This document shows, piece by piece, positions 1 through 13,265 of a DNA stretch of 64,000 bases (position 1 is the first letter of the stretch; each line of letters starts with the position of its first letter). Source of the stretch: Ruditapes philippinarum (lineage: Eukaryota); the NCBI RefSeq assembly GCF_026571515.1, contig NW_026857083.1:1-64000 (forward strand), written 5' to 3'. The notes below the pieces were generated by a model. That model saw nothing but the letters and a program-made list of their open reading frames with translations, was not told the DNA's origin and did no database searches. The translations under genes were made by a program, and so were the position numbers.

Positions 1-647
1 GTGAAGCGAATATGTACAACACGACCATGATTTTTATGTTATTCTATTTAATACCTCTTTCACATCACATAATTTTACAACTCGTGAGTTATTATTTTTG
101 AAACATAAGTTATTAAATCATTCTATTTTATTCCATTGCTTCATGTCTTTTTTGGACATTGAAAGAATGACATTTAAAGTAAGATTTCTGAAAAAAAAGT
201 TCTGCATTTTTTTTCTTTAAAACTTTTTTCGCGCTTCCATGGTATTTCCTTTTTCCATTACAAAGTTTTATTATTATTATTAGTGGTTGTCTTAGATTTT
301 ACACCAGATTTTACACTAAACGGTAAAAAATGCAAATGTAAGGTAACTTAAATGCATGGTTTCGTCCGACAAAACTATATCAGGGATAATCAACAGTATT
401 CCAACGTGCGAATGAGTGATAAAAGATAATTGACCATTTACAAGAATAAAATTCTTAAAGCATAAATCATCATATAAAAAAGGTTTTGATCTTCAATGTG
501 CTCGTAGTCTGCCCTTTACCTGATTTATGTTTTTAACAAATGTCTGGCACTGATTAAAAAAAAATTCCAGCCTTTGAATAATTTGGTTGAAGTATTAAAA
601 AAGCAACACCTAAACATAAACAATTTTTCATTTTTATGGTTATTTTC

Positions 648-720
648 AGTTGTTGTTGTTGTTGTTGTTGTTTTGTATTTTTGTGGGGGTTTTATGTGTG
701 TTTTTGTTGTTGTTGTTTTT
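648..720. repeat. (GTT)n microsatellite, interrupted
   Basis: Direct reading. Confidence 0.9.
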
Positions 721-1387
721 TGTATCCAAGTATGTAATTAATTCTAAACTGCGCAATTGTACCGAGAAGAGAAAGAACACTTCTTGTTGAAGGTCATATA
801 ACTACGACAAATGGCAATATTGTCAATGATATCAAACGGGACAATCTTTTCTGCGATTAATAACTTAATCTTAACGTTGGTAATAGCAAATGTTTCGTGA
901 TATAAGGCAAGTATTGGATTTCAAAACATCTAACAAAGACGGGTCAAGAAGTCCATACCAATGAATGGGATATAAATTAGACGTGATAAGAAACCTAATT
1001 CGTCCGATTAAATGGATGTGAATGGAGCTTAAATTAAAAAAGATGACAATCGTTCTTGACCTTTTTTCTACAAAGGTTCAGCATGACTTCAAAGAGCATG
1101 ACTTTGAAAATTAAGTTGAAGTAATTCCACACAGTAAATTTACAAAAAGATTTGGATTCATATTTTAGCCAACATTTCAGAATAAAATTATTGCATATCT
1201 TTCAGGTTTATTCTTCGAATATTTGTAAACACTTATTTTAGCTACATGTAAGCTATATGTTGTATTACTTACTTCAAATAAAATATTGGTTTAAAACCAT
1301 TTTTGATTCCACCTCTAAAATGTCGTGATTTTATTAAAGATTTTTCCATTTTGACTTTTTTATTGGTGGGGGCGTGCATTTCCGTCC

Positions 1388-1623
1388 CATCAGCACAGTA
1401 TAGGTTTTATGACAACATTCCAGCTTAACTAGAAGAGGAACACCTCAGGTATCCTTCCATGCATTATTTCAAGCGCGAACGGGCTCCTGAGAAGAACCAC
1501 CGACGTTCCGTCAGCTAGCTGCTTAGCTTTCTTACATAGAAGATCCTAAAGTCCGTGCGGGGTGGTGAGGGGCAATTGGTTTGAAGTCAAATATCTTAAC
1601 CACTCGGCGGCCACGGACGAACC
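1388..1623 (-). mobile_element. tRNA-derived SINE copy
   Basis: Reverse-complement match to the 7781-8035 core and head. Confidence 0.75.
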
Positions 1624-1794
1624 TTAAAGATTTGTCTATATTACGCACTTAATGATACACATATATTTTTACTAGTTATACGTATTTCATAACATTAAAT
1701 ATGCTTGTGTGAATATATTAAAGTAATTATAAACATAAAAACACAACAATACAAGTAAATAATTTAAAAACAACTAGTCTTTAAAATATTTTAA

Positions 1795-2025
1795 ATTAAC
1801 AAGAAATAAATCACAGTACTGTAAATAAATCATTTACGAGCAGAACACTTAGAGCATGTCTAAGCAAAGAAAACATGTATATGTTAATGATGGTCGTAAT
1901 TGAGATGAATATAGCTTGTAAAAATATTAAGCAAGAAATAAATCACAGTACTGTAAAAAAACGTGTGGCTCTTTCACAAGTAGTACACTAAGAACATGTT
2001 TATACAGAGAAAATATATTTATGAC
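1795..2025. repeat. Diverged tandem duplication, period ~132 bp
   Basis: CAAGAAATAAATCACAGTACTGTAAA at 1800 and 1932, with downstream similarity. Confidence 0.75.
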
Positions 2026-2266
2026 AGTTGTATTAAACCAACAATTGGGATGAAGTGATTTTAAACGCGTACCCTACTGAATTTGTGTTACCGTATGTAC
2101 CCTGCTTTTAGTCTAGAACAGTCCATTGGAAGTATTTCAATATAAAACTTACATGAATTGAGTATCGAGCCAGGTCTGGTTGCACAGATGTGAAAGCTGT
2201 CTTGACTATAAATGTGGTGAAAAAGACTTATCACAGTTTAAGTAAAACACTTTTTAACTTAAGATA

Positions 2267-2267
<1 letters not shown>

Positions 2268-2307
<40 letters not shown>

Positions 2308-2320
2308 TATTATTATTATT
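2268..2320. repeat. (ATT)n microsatellite
   Basis: Direct reading. Confidence 0.95.
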
Positions 2321-3611
2321 ACAGCAAACCCGTCACTGGGTAAAACGGTGACATTAAATCTAGCATAATCACTAATTACATGCAAAATCAGAATCAATTA
2401 GTCTGAGTAAAAAATAATCCACTTTCAAATACTTGAAATTGCATGAGTAAACCATATTCATTATGTGATCAGAAAACAGCTGCATTCTTATTGGTTCAAA
2501 CAGTAGTCAACACAACAAATATCATATTTCATTGTATTTACTGGCTGAGATGGATTTTCCCAATCTAAAATAAAAATCAGGCCCGCAATGATACAACATA
2601 GAAAAACATTGAAAACTTGTTAAAACCTTTTAATATTAGGCATTTTTGTGTAAATATGTTTTAATTTTAGGTTGATCATATAATAAAACAATTATTGACT
2701 AATGAACCATTGAATATGGTGTGATATACACCAGGAAATGTCATTTTGACCGATAATGCGATAGCCAGTAAAAGAATTCTTTATCACAGGCACTTATCAC
2801 ATTTGTATCTTATCCTTGGTTGTTTGGTTGCTTATTGTGAAAAATGATTATAGTCACACTTTGAAAATTGTGTTCTTTTTCTTCTCTGCATTGAAATAAA
2901 ATGTTAGCACTTCAATCGTTGCTAAAATCTAACATGACTTTTATATAGATACAAGGTTATTGTCTTACCCTTCGAACATGGTTTGGCTTGGCCAAAAGAA
3001 AACACTTTACAAAGAAATTATACTTTTACAACTTTTTCATTTTTCAAAAGCTTCTATCATTGTGGGATATGTTAGTCATCCGTCGGAATTTTAATTACAA
3101 CCAAGCTAACAACGGCTTTGTTATTGGAAAGGCGAAACTGTTACTTCCATCTGTTAGGTTGCCCTCTTCACAGAGCAATTATTATTTAACTTAAGACATT
3201 TTTCCTTCAGCGGTTTTCTTAAAAAAAAGAAAATGGGTTTATAAAGTTAGAGCCTAAGTGTCGCCATTTAAAGGGATACTCAGGCAAATTAATGACAAAA
3301 AAGGCAAAATTATTAATTTAAAAATGATCTTATGGACTCAAATAACGCTAAAATGACAATAATTTGATTGGTTTCATGAAATTCCTAAAGTACTCCATGT
3401 AATTTGTTCTTTGCAAGGTTTCATTAAAGTGATGAAATTCCGCTTTCAGACAATAGAACAAGCGTTATAATAATTTCCATTCTTAAGGCCTTATAAGTGT
3501 TTCGTCCTTTCAAAACAGAAGCCCTAAATGTGACTCAAAGTCTTCAATATTAGATACAGGAAGAATTTTTTATAAGTGGAGACGTAACAACATTTATTAA
3601 TATATCATCGA

Positions 3612-3755
3612 GTCGGTGGTTCTACTCAGGTGCCTGTCCGTGCCTGAAATAACACACGGAAGGGAAGGGCATATCAGGTATTCCTTCACCAGTAAAGCAG
3701 GAACGTCGCCATATGACTTATACTTTTTGTGCGACATAAAACCAAAACAAACAAA
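3612..3755 (+). mobile_element. SINE 3' half with AAAC-rich tail
   Basis: Same core sequence as 7781-8035. Confidence 0.75.
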
Positions 3756-6697
3756 TCATCGATTCATATCCAGGGAAGGGGTGGGGTAAAGACATGCTAC
3801 AACAATTATGCCTTGGTAAAGCACCTCCTGTTTTATAAACGTACGCTATTAGCAATGGTAATAATACTTACCTTAGTTTCGTGATCTGAATATAAAGAAG
3901 TTGTAATTAAATTATATGAGAAATCATCTATACTTTACACACACACAGGACAAAAAAATATGACTATTAGCGACCATAGAGATCATTAGTGTTATAGTCA
4001 ACATATCTAACTTCGCGTCATCATTTATTGCACGGTTATGGCATATTTCAATGTATTACCATTGGTTAAAATTGACATATTAGACCTAAACAACAAAGTT
4101 TTTTGGCAAATGTTTACATGTATAGATTTTTTCGTAAAACAGAACATTTTACTGATTTCTGCATTCTGATTTCAACATGACCGACTTATGGTATACGTCT
4201 GGACTATAAAATCTGATTTAGATTGATTCAGAATAGGTTTTACCTTGTGTCATACAGCATAAATCACTTATAAATGTTTCAGCTTATGACTTATTTTGAC
4301 TGTTAGTTCGCTGTTTGTTTTCCTTCTTGTTTTAAAGCGTTAAGTACAATGAACCAAGAGGAGCACAATATACCTTTACGTTCTTGTTTGCCTTAATCCA
4401 TTGCACTCTTTTGTTTTAAATATAGAGCATTTACATTACAAAGGTTTCTGTTTATCAAGATTAAGACTATGAATGAAAGTAAAAACAACCAAAGGTTCAA
4501 AAGAAGACGATTTCCTATGAATTCATTGTATTTTCATCATTTTTCTTTTTTATATTATTCCGTTAATTGAGCTGAATCTGTATTAGGTCCATATTTTTAC
4601 AGGACAGTGAATATTGTACTATAATAAGGAACTGAAATCCTCTGAATAAGTTTTGAATTTCCCTGTTGTCGAGCTGTAAAATTTCCAAAATTCAGATGAC
4701 TAACTCTTTAGTGCATACCATTTAATTGTCTCCACTGACTGAATTATTCGTTTTCTAGTTTGAACTTAGATTTAAATTCATGGTGCGACAATACAAAAGG
4801 TATATAACCTAACATATATCTTCAGTTGATTGAAGAGCATCGTCAAAATACATGTAGAATTTTCTTCAAAGTTTCTAAGGTAGAATTAAGAACAATATTG
4901 TTGTGTTTTTCTTATCCAATTTACTATAAACTTAATTATCATCAATTACAAATATACTTGTATACTTTGGTTTGGATTAAAATAAATAGTGTTTTGAACA
5001 TTTTCTTTTTCAAATAATTTATGATTGCATATCTTTACTCAAAATATATGACCAAATGTTAGTTTTAAAGTGTAAGGAATATCTGGTTTCCGGTTACTCC
5101 ACTAACATTTGTTTGTGAATTCTTGTCGAAAATTGAGTATCAGTTTGCAGTTTATCCTTCGTTTCCATGGTAAGCATTTTAAAAACAATTAATAAGAGTC
5201 GCGGAAAAGCCTTTTCCTTCAAGGACAGAAGGAGCATATTAGCACTTTAGTTGTTGCTATCGTGAAACACTTTAAAGTTAAGCATTAAGTTGTGAATTGG
5301 TTCTGAAGTTTCAAGTAAAAATGTTCTTATTTGTTTAAACACTTTTGTCAATAAGTATTCATCCATTTCAATGATGGTACAAAGATGAGGACAAGTTATA
5401 AACATATTATTGTTCCAAACATTTGTATAACATATCATGGTGAAAAAAAACATCTGGATAAAGGGAGATCCCTCGAGAGTAAAACATGAAAACATAAGAA
5501 TGGCCAAAAAATGTCCGTTTGATTGAGATATTATGCAACAACTTTTCACACACCCCCCTCCCCCCTCCAACACCGACTTCAGAATTATTCGATTTTTTAA
5601 CACAATAAAGTATTGATATCAAATCGTGAAGAACCAGAAAACTAAAAACGATACGGTCATAAAGTACGGGGCAAGTTGATATCATTTATCCAAGAAAAAA
5701 GCTGGTTATTTGCGAAATAAAGATATAAAACATATTTCATTTCAAATATTTTGCAAGAATACTACAATGATAAACAGCACATTACAAATATCCCGAAAGA
5801 ATAAGATACTTATAAAGACCTTTTCTCGTGATAATGTTCATACCACAAGATGAAAATAAATCCTGTATTTATAGAAACAAAAAGAATTTTCTTTTTACTA
5901 CATACATTTTTCCATTTTTGACATCATAGTTTGAAATACTCCCGCTTAAATTCTATGTATTGGCTAATTTAGAAGAAAGCAGTACGGCGAGATACTATTG
6001 AAAATACGGACAATATGTTTCACTGCTGAGAAAATAGACTTTTACTATGAAAATAAGGAAATTGAAAATACGCATTCTATTTCATCAATATATCTCATTT
6101 TTTCATATAAAAGTATATAATATTTCTTTTATATTTTATTTCGTCAATATTTCTCATAATTTCATATATAAGTATATAATGTTCAAAGTAAATTGTAGAC
6201 AGATGAAATGCCGACACAAGAGGAAAAAATGACTGGGATAAATGATTTACAAGATGTCTGGCAAGAATAAACACATCACAACTTTTCGACTGGAAGCTCT
6301 TAATTGACGCTTATTCTAGTAACCTTTCCTCCAAAAAATGTTCTTAAGGCAATGAAATAATGGTTTAAATGCCAATAATAGTATACGGAATAATCTGTTT
6401 CTTCCCAAAATGCATGAACGAGAGTTATTTCCAAAATATTCCATTAAGTAATGTATTAGATAAGACGGAATATCAGATAAAGTTAGGTTAAACAGTCCAT
6501 ACCAATAAAGAATTTGTCAATCACGAATGGGATGAAATTCAATTCTAGCAGATAACGAAGGACAATGTCGGGTTTTTTTTTATTAAAGATCTAGATAATT
6601 TTAGAGATCTTAGATCTTTTAATAACAGAGTGGTGGACGGAAATATTCATTTAGTAGATACTGATTGCTTTGTATGTGAAACAAATATATTCTTTAA

Positions 6698-7181
6698 AGG
6701 AATACCACTGAGGTTGTTTTATTGTTGTTGGTGTTTTCTTTTCTGGTTGTTTTTGTGTTGTTGTTGTTTTTCTGCTGTTGTTGTGTTGTTGTTGCTGCTG
6801 TTGTTGTTTTTATTTGTGTGCTGTTTTGTTATGTTTTTTTTTGGCATGACGGAACCGGACATAATTTTACAAGATAAATGTTCCATTTCATATAGGTCTT
6901 GACCAGTAAAATCTCTGCAAAATTTCAGATCATTCACTTACTCCGCTTTTTTCCCAGAATAATTTCTCTTATTGTGAAAAATGATTAACATTGAAAAACG
7001 TTGTAACGTTTTTTCACTCAAATCGGGCTAAGAAATGCATAAAACTAGGATTTTTAAATTATTTCTGATTAAATTTCTTAATACACCTTTTGCATAACTT
7101 CCTGTTTGAAGTGCCCCAATCGATTTATGTAAGGAATTATAATTTCATGTTTTCAGGCTTTGGGACGTCAGTGGAGTTCCT
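6698..7181. mobile_element. Kolobok-like MITE (TTAA target), with an internal (GTT)n-rich expansion
   Basis: TTAA|AGGAATACCACTGA ... TCAGTGGAGTTCCT|TTAT. The internal sequence is colinear with the split copy at 19392-19535 + 23689-23878. Confidence 0.7.
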
Positions 7182-7780
7182 TTATACAAGGTGGTCATAC
7201 AAAATCAATTTATTTTGTACGAAGTGGTTAATTCTGTTTAAGGTATTTTATTTTTCAGATACATTTGTGTATGATGTAAAGGCTTGATTATAAAAGACAT
7301 GAAATTTACTTCTATACAGACTTGCAGGATCAAATGTTAAGTATTTTAAGAACACAAATACATAAAATACGTCTTAATGATATCACATTGAATCTTCAAT
7401 GTATGCCAGATTGTAAATAACGAGAAAAATAGAAAAAAATAATATTTACCCCTATGCTGTTTTTACTTTTTGATGCTTCCAAAGTTTATTTTCGAGTCTT
7501 TTCAATGGTTTCGGATAATGGTCATCCACAAAGGTCACATCCTACGTAACTGTATTTTCATCTGTTGTTTTCGTCTTGTTTTTGGCGGTTTGTTTTGAAA
7601 AAAAATAATGTTGTTGTATATATTTAAGGTTTCATTGGTGTTGTGTTTATTTTTAAATTACTTGTTTTCGCCGAAAAAAAGGTAATCAATTGCCATATAA
7701 ATTGGCAGTGACCATGATCCCAAATAAATTGAAATTTAATGTGTTTAAAAGCTTTGTTTAAATATGTGTAAAGGGTTATT

Positions 7781-8035
7781 GGAGGTCCGTGATCGAGTAG
7801 TTAAGGTCGTTGACTTCAGAACGCTTGTCTCTCACCTCTATGAGCTTGAATATCCCAACAGGGAATTTAGTATTCTTTGTGAAGAATCTATCCAGCTAGT
7901 TTACGTCGGTGGTTCTACTCAGGTATACGTTCGTGCCTGAAATAATGCAAGGAAGAGCATCTGAGTTCCACCTCCACCAGTAGAGCTGGAATATCGCCAC
8001 ATGACCTATACAGTGTTGGTGGGACACTTTATAAA
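7781..8035 (+). mobile_element. tRNA-derived SINE, near full length
   Basis: tRNA-like head (CCGTGATCGAGTAGTTAAGGTCG) and core GTCGGTGGTTCTACTCAGGT..GTGCCTGAAATAATGCA..CCACCAGTA..CGCCA.ATGACC, shared with other copies. Confidence 0.8.
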
Positions 8036-8249
8036 TTGCTTCAAAGCTACCAAAAGTACCTTTGCTTTCAATAAACTTACGAAGGAATTGTTTGTTTTCA
8101 AAAAGAATTCTAAAATAAAATTATTTTTGATACCATTATCACTTATTAACTGTGAAAATGCGCCTATGACCTTGGTGATGTTTGTCATTTAATCAGGGAT
8201 AGTTACATAATTATTATATTTAACTGAACAATCTTTAGTCGCTTATTAA

Positions 8250-8480
8250 ATGGGAATGGTTGGCATTCTGGACAAACCTTTGTTGGTTGTTAGCCGGGAT
8301 GATTTGATTATTGAACAGTCCTGAATTTCTTGAAAGCTAGGATGATTTGTTTACTGAACTATCCTTGGTTGTTAGCTGGGATTGGTGGCTTATTAAACAA
8401 TTCATAGTTAGTTGATAGCTGGGATGATTGGTTTTTGAACACGTAACGTAGCTGTGAATGTTGGCTTACAGAACAAATTC
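8250..8480. repeat. Degenerate ~40-bp minisatellite
   Basis: Recurrent TAGCTGGGATGATT.G.TTA.TGAACA motif, about 6 copies. Confidence 0.7.
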
Positions 8481-9360
8481 CGTCAAAAGTTCAGATAATA
8501 CAAAGTTCTTTGTTTTGATTTCACCTAAATTAGCTCAAACAAGTTTGTCCATGCTTTATTTTTTAAGCTAAAGTATGTAAACATTTGTGTACTGTTATAT
8601 GTAGGTCTAAACCAATTACTTGTATTTAAATTATCAGATAATTCCTTCAAACTGTTGTTTCCAGAATTATCATTTTTATTTTGCAAAATGACTCAAAAAT
8701 CAAAAACAATTTTCAATCTTATCAGACAAAGAAGTCCATTCCTATCAATTTTCAATTTAATTAAGATAATATTTCATTATTACCCTTTGCAGATATTTTC
8801 ATTTTAAGTGCTTCACTTGATCTATGAAAATGTTCAAATTTTATGTTTTTTATGCTTTTTGACATCGGAAAATATATAAATAAAAATTAAAAACCTTTCC
8901 ACTTTTACGAATGACACAGAAGTAAGGAAAACATTATTCACTCAAATGCGTATTTTATACAAAAAGTGCAAAAAGAAAAAGAAAATCCATAAAAGCCTTC
9001 ACATTTCTTTGAAAGGAAACCCAGACATACAGTTTTCCTGGTCTCACTTTTATATGGTAAATTGTTGATGGGAATAAAATCAACTGTCACTTCAATCAAC
9101 GTGATTCCCAGAAACTGTTTGTATTCCAGGATGTGCCTGTCTATGCAGACAATTGTCCTATAGCAAGAAGTTACCTCTACACAGAATTAGAATCAAAAGA
9201 TTACATTCATCAAATTAACAATATATCAGTAACTAAATTTAAGTGCTTGTTTTCGCATCGTTTTTAGTCGCACTGACTCTGAAATTTTAATATCATTATT
9301 TTTATTCAAACTTTTTTTGTTTATTTATTATAATTTTATGTTTCAAATTACTTTTTTAAT

Positions 9361-9417
9361 GCTACTGCTACTACTACTGCTGCTACTACTACTGCTACTA
9401 CTACTGCTACTACTACT
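9361..9417. repeat. (CTA/CTG)n microsatellite
   Basis: Direct reading. Confidence 0.9.
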
Positions 9418-10097
9418 TTTGTTGCTGTTGCTGGTGTTATTTTAATGGAATAAGTAAATCGTTGATAGGGTAAACTACTTTCTATAGCACACCGAATATC
9501 TTCAATAACGTGAATTGACTAATGTCATAGAAAGTCATCATTTCGTTAAAATAGAATAAAGGGACATGAATGAATGAATGTATACAAATACCGACTGATC
9601 TTGTTCTGCATGTATAGAAATCAGGTGCCGCCTGAGCAAGTTGAAGGTTAATAGGTATTTTATGGTACTTTTATACTTGCTAGTTTCTATAAAATGTTAA
9701 CAACATCTTTGTTAAAAAAGCAAAACTAAAAATAAAAATAGGTTGCATACTGCATAGTGACTCTATCATTTCTACTGACTACTTTCCTGACACAGAAACA
9801 TTTTTGTGTAACATTAAGATAATTGAAAAGACGAATCTGTCACCTAAATACAAAATGATTCTTAAAACGGATTGTTAATCCAGGATGTTCATGTCAACAC
9901 AAACAATCCTTTTTGCAGAGGCCGTTACCCTCGAGCGGTTTAACTTCTTGAAATAGAGAAATTATTTTTCAAGTTAGATTTTCTTAGTCGCCGAATAATA
10001 TCACTGCAGCCTAAAAAAAATGCAGATAATTTGTCAATGACATTGGTATATTTATTTCAGAAACAGTAAGATATATTCAAAGCATTGTGCTTACTTT

Positions 10098-10245
10098 NNN
10101 NNNNNNNNNNNNNNNNNNNNNNNNNNNNNNNNNNNNNNNNNNNNNNNNNNNNNNNNNNNNNNNNNNNNNNNNNNNNNNNNNNNNNNNNNNNNNNNNNNNN
10201 NNNNNNNNNNNNNNNNNNNNNNNNNNNNNNNNNNNNNNNNNNNNN
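10098..10245. other. Assembly gap (148 N)
   Basis: Run of N. Confidence 1.
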
Positions 10246-13014
10246 GAACATGACCCTACGTTTGGTAAGTGACCTGTAAAGCTTTCTTACGATAAAATGA
10301 CGAATTGCAAATGTTTGATTGTTTCAAATTCAATGCTTATTGAGCTTAAAAGTGTTGAATTTATAAAAAAATAAAAACTATAAAATGTTTTTAAAATTTA
10401 ATGTTTTCCCCAACCTTAAATTTCTTTGCATCGATCAAATTTTTTCCTAGTTTCTCTTTTGATGTGGTTTGGGGTGTTGTTGTTTTTGTTGTTTTTTTTT
10501 TTGTTGTTTGAAATACAATGTATTCATGGGGCACCGAAATGGAAGTGTTTTGATGATTAATTTTCATGTTTTAAAAGCAACCACGGGTCAACCCACGTTA
10601 CTCTTGGGCAAAAATTTGCATAAATTCAATAGTTGAACCCCTTTTAAATTCCCTTTTTACAATCAGCAGAAAAAAACAGTAGCTGAAATTTCTGATCCTC
10701 TACATTAAAAGGAAACCCCCTCAGATTTGTGTTTTAATTTTTTTATTAAATTTATATTTTATTACTATTATTTTTTTTATTATAGAAAGAGCGAGTATAC
10801 AAGCTACCATGCATACAAATAATGACGTCATGCAAACTGCGAATCTTGACAAACATTTTAAACAGGTAACTATTAGATTTTATATTTAAAATTATTTGAA
10901 TCAATATTTAAAAAGCGATTTGTGTGGAAACTTAGTATCAAAGATGAATGGAAAAGAAATCATTCAGAAATCATGCTGCTTTCGCCATAAAAGATAAACA
11001 AAACTATATGAATTCAATTATATTCACGAATTTTTGCTTTTTTGACATAGAATTGCGAATCACAAAGATACGACAAATTTAGAAAATCGGAAACATGCCG
11101 TAAATTAGCCACTATAGTTTTGTGGTAAGATGAACGCGGTTTAAACAAAGTGTGAGTTTAAAAGTATCCCTTGTAATTTATTCTTTTTTTTTCAGATCAA
11201 AGTACTAAGACGATCAACGATTTTATTTTTAGAACAAGATTATGTCATGTATTTCAGGGATAAGTTTTTTTTCTAATTCTATCTACGTTTCCTACAAACA
11301 AGGAAAATAAACTCGAAGCTGTTATTTCGCAATTCCGAATGAATTACTTTCTTATTTCCGCACATTGACGGGCAAATTTGCTTTACACTACGACACGAAG
11401 ACTGAAATTGCTTCCCGAGTTAAAAGGATTTCCGAGATGTCCTGCTTATTGCAGACAATGAAAACCTCTTATTAAGAATTGAAAAAGTAAATATTATTTT
11501 TCTCTCAGGGGGTTTATTTTTCAGGCTTATGAACTCTTTTCCTTAACCAATAAAAATACTGAAATGTTTTTAGTTTTTTTCCGTTTACATCAATATATCT
11601 TGTTTATTTGCTAAATAAAGGCCCAAGACTTTATTAACAGAATCGAACATTATGTTAGTCAATGTGTATCAATATTAATATCCTTCTTATGAGGGAATAG
11701 CAAAAACATTGCGATAATGATATTCTTCCTATATCCGTTAAATCGGTCTTATTCGACCAAAGCAGTGAACGATTGTTAATAGATATTAATATGATCGAAT
11801 TTCCTTTTAAAAAAAATATTCCGAAAACAGTTTTGTATGACATACAAAATCACCAATATACGAGTAGTAATCATTGCTTTTATCTTCCTTTTTTTCTTTA
11901 ATTAATCAGTGATGCGTTTCTTTTTTCAACACTTTATGACTCTTCTATGAAAGCTTATCTTCATTATTATTAAAATGAAAACACTTTTCTCATTATTTTA
12001 TCTCTCCCTTTACGGCTTTTACGGATGATTACTTACACAAAGCCGACTTTCTGACCATCCCAGTGTCTTACGGTGACGGTTCATTTTTCTTATCAAAAAT
12101 GTAATAACAAAAAGCAATACTTTCATTAGAACTCAACACACCAAAATTATGAAAGATCATGGCAGCATATCCAGTTTTAAGTGATTGAGATGACCTCAGA
12201 TCCCTAGGGACATTTTTATTTTCAGACAGAGCTGCATACTTTATAGACAAACCTCCTGTAATGATTGTTTGTAGGTTCTGATAATAATATATATGACTAT
12301 CAGCATGAATTTATATTAAAAGTTCAAAAAAAGCCTTTTAAAAACTGTATTGTTTTACTAATCAATTACCAAAAATATATAATTGCGTATAAATGTAAAT
12401 AAATATGGAAAATAATAGTCGGCATACCGACAAAATAGTTGATGCATCTTGTAAAAATATTTTTTTCTAAAATAACAAAAGTATTTTTTTAGCTCAAAAT
12501 TTGTAATTTTATTAATTTATACTAATAAAATGATTTAAGAAGCTATAAATTTCAAAGATGTCATCGGCCATGTCTTCTATACTGATGTAAATGCAAATCA
12601 TCGTTGCTTTCCTTTTTCCACTTTGTTTTAGAATTAAATCGGGAATGTTACTTATATGTAATCCCATTACGTCATGGTCAATGTTTAAATTTTCCCCGGG
12701 ATTTTTCTTCCGACAAAAACGCTTTGAAAAAACTTTTAGATTTCTTCATTTTCATTGTGATAAAAAAATGAGAGCCTATCATCCTATCCAGGAAATACCT
12801 TTGTTTAAGTCCTGTGAAAATTGGGATTGGTAATTGTAAATAATCAATACTGTTTATGCATTTTGTCATTCAGCTTTAGGTCTGAAGCCTGATTTTGAAG
12901 GATAACATGTATAAGGTGCGTCGTTACATATGTATAGGAAAGGAAGAAAGTTAGACAAAAAGCTTATATGCAACCATGCAAATTTTTATGTATTTAATTA
13001 TTTAATCATTATTC

Positions 13015-13265
13015 ATTTTTTAACGTCGCACCCACTCTGTAAAGGTCACATGGCGACATTCAAACTTCACTGGTGTAGGTAGATCTAACGTTCCCATTCG
13101 TGCATCAGTTCGGGTACGAATGAGCACCTTAGTAATACCACCGACATTATTTCAACAAGCTTCCTCGATTAAAAGAATGCAAGGTCGCTTGCTGCATTCG
13201 AACCCACAGCGGCGAAGGGAAAATGGTTTGAAGACAACGACTTTAACCACTCGATCAATGACGTC
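13015..13265 (-). mobile_element. tRNA-derived SINE copy
   Basis: Reverse-complement core; B-box-like TTCGAACCC; A-box region TTAACCACTCG. Confidence 0.75.

Noticed and set aside
2949-3070. RYKVIVLPF as a GPCR DRY-region exon
   Set aside because: No following transmembrane helix, an in-frame stop after ~41 codons, and no other GPCR exons.
6630-6937. Hydrophobic and N/Q-rich ORFs
   Set aside because: They are translations of a (GTT)n microsatellite within a MITE.
7781-7860. tRNA gene
   Set aside because: The degenerate tRNA-like head is attached to a multi-copy SINE body and has no intact cloverleaf.
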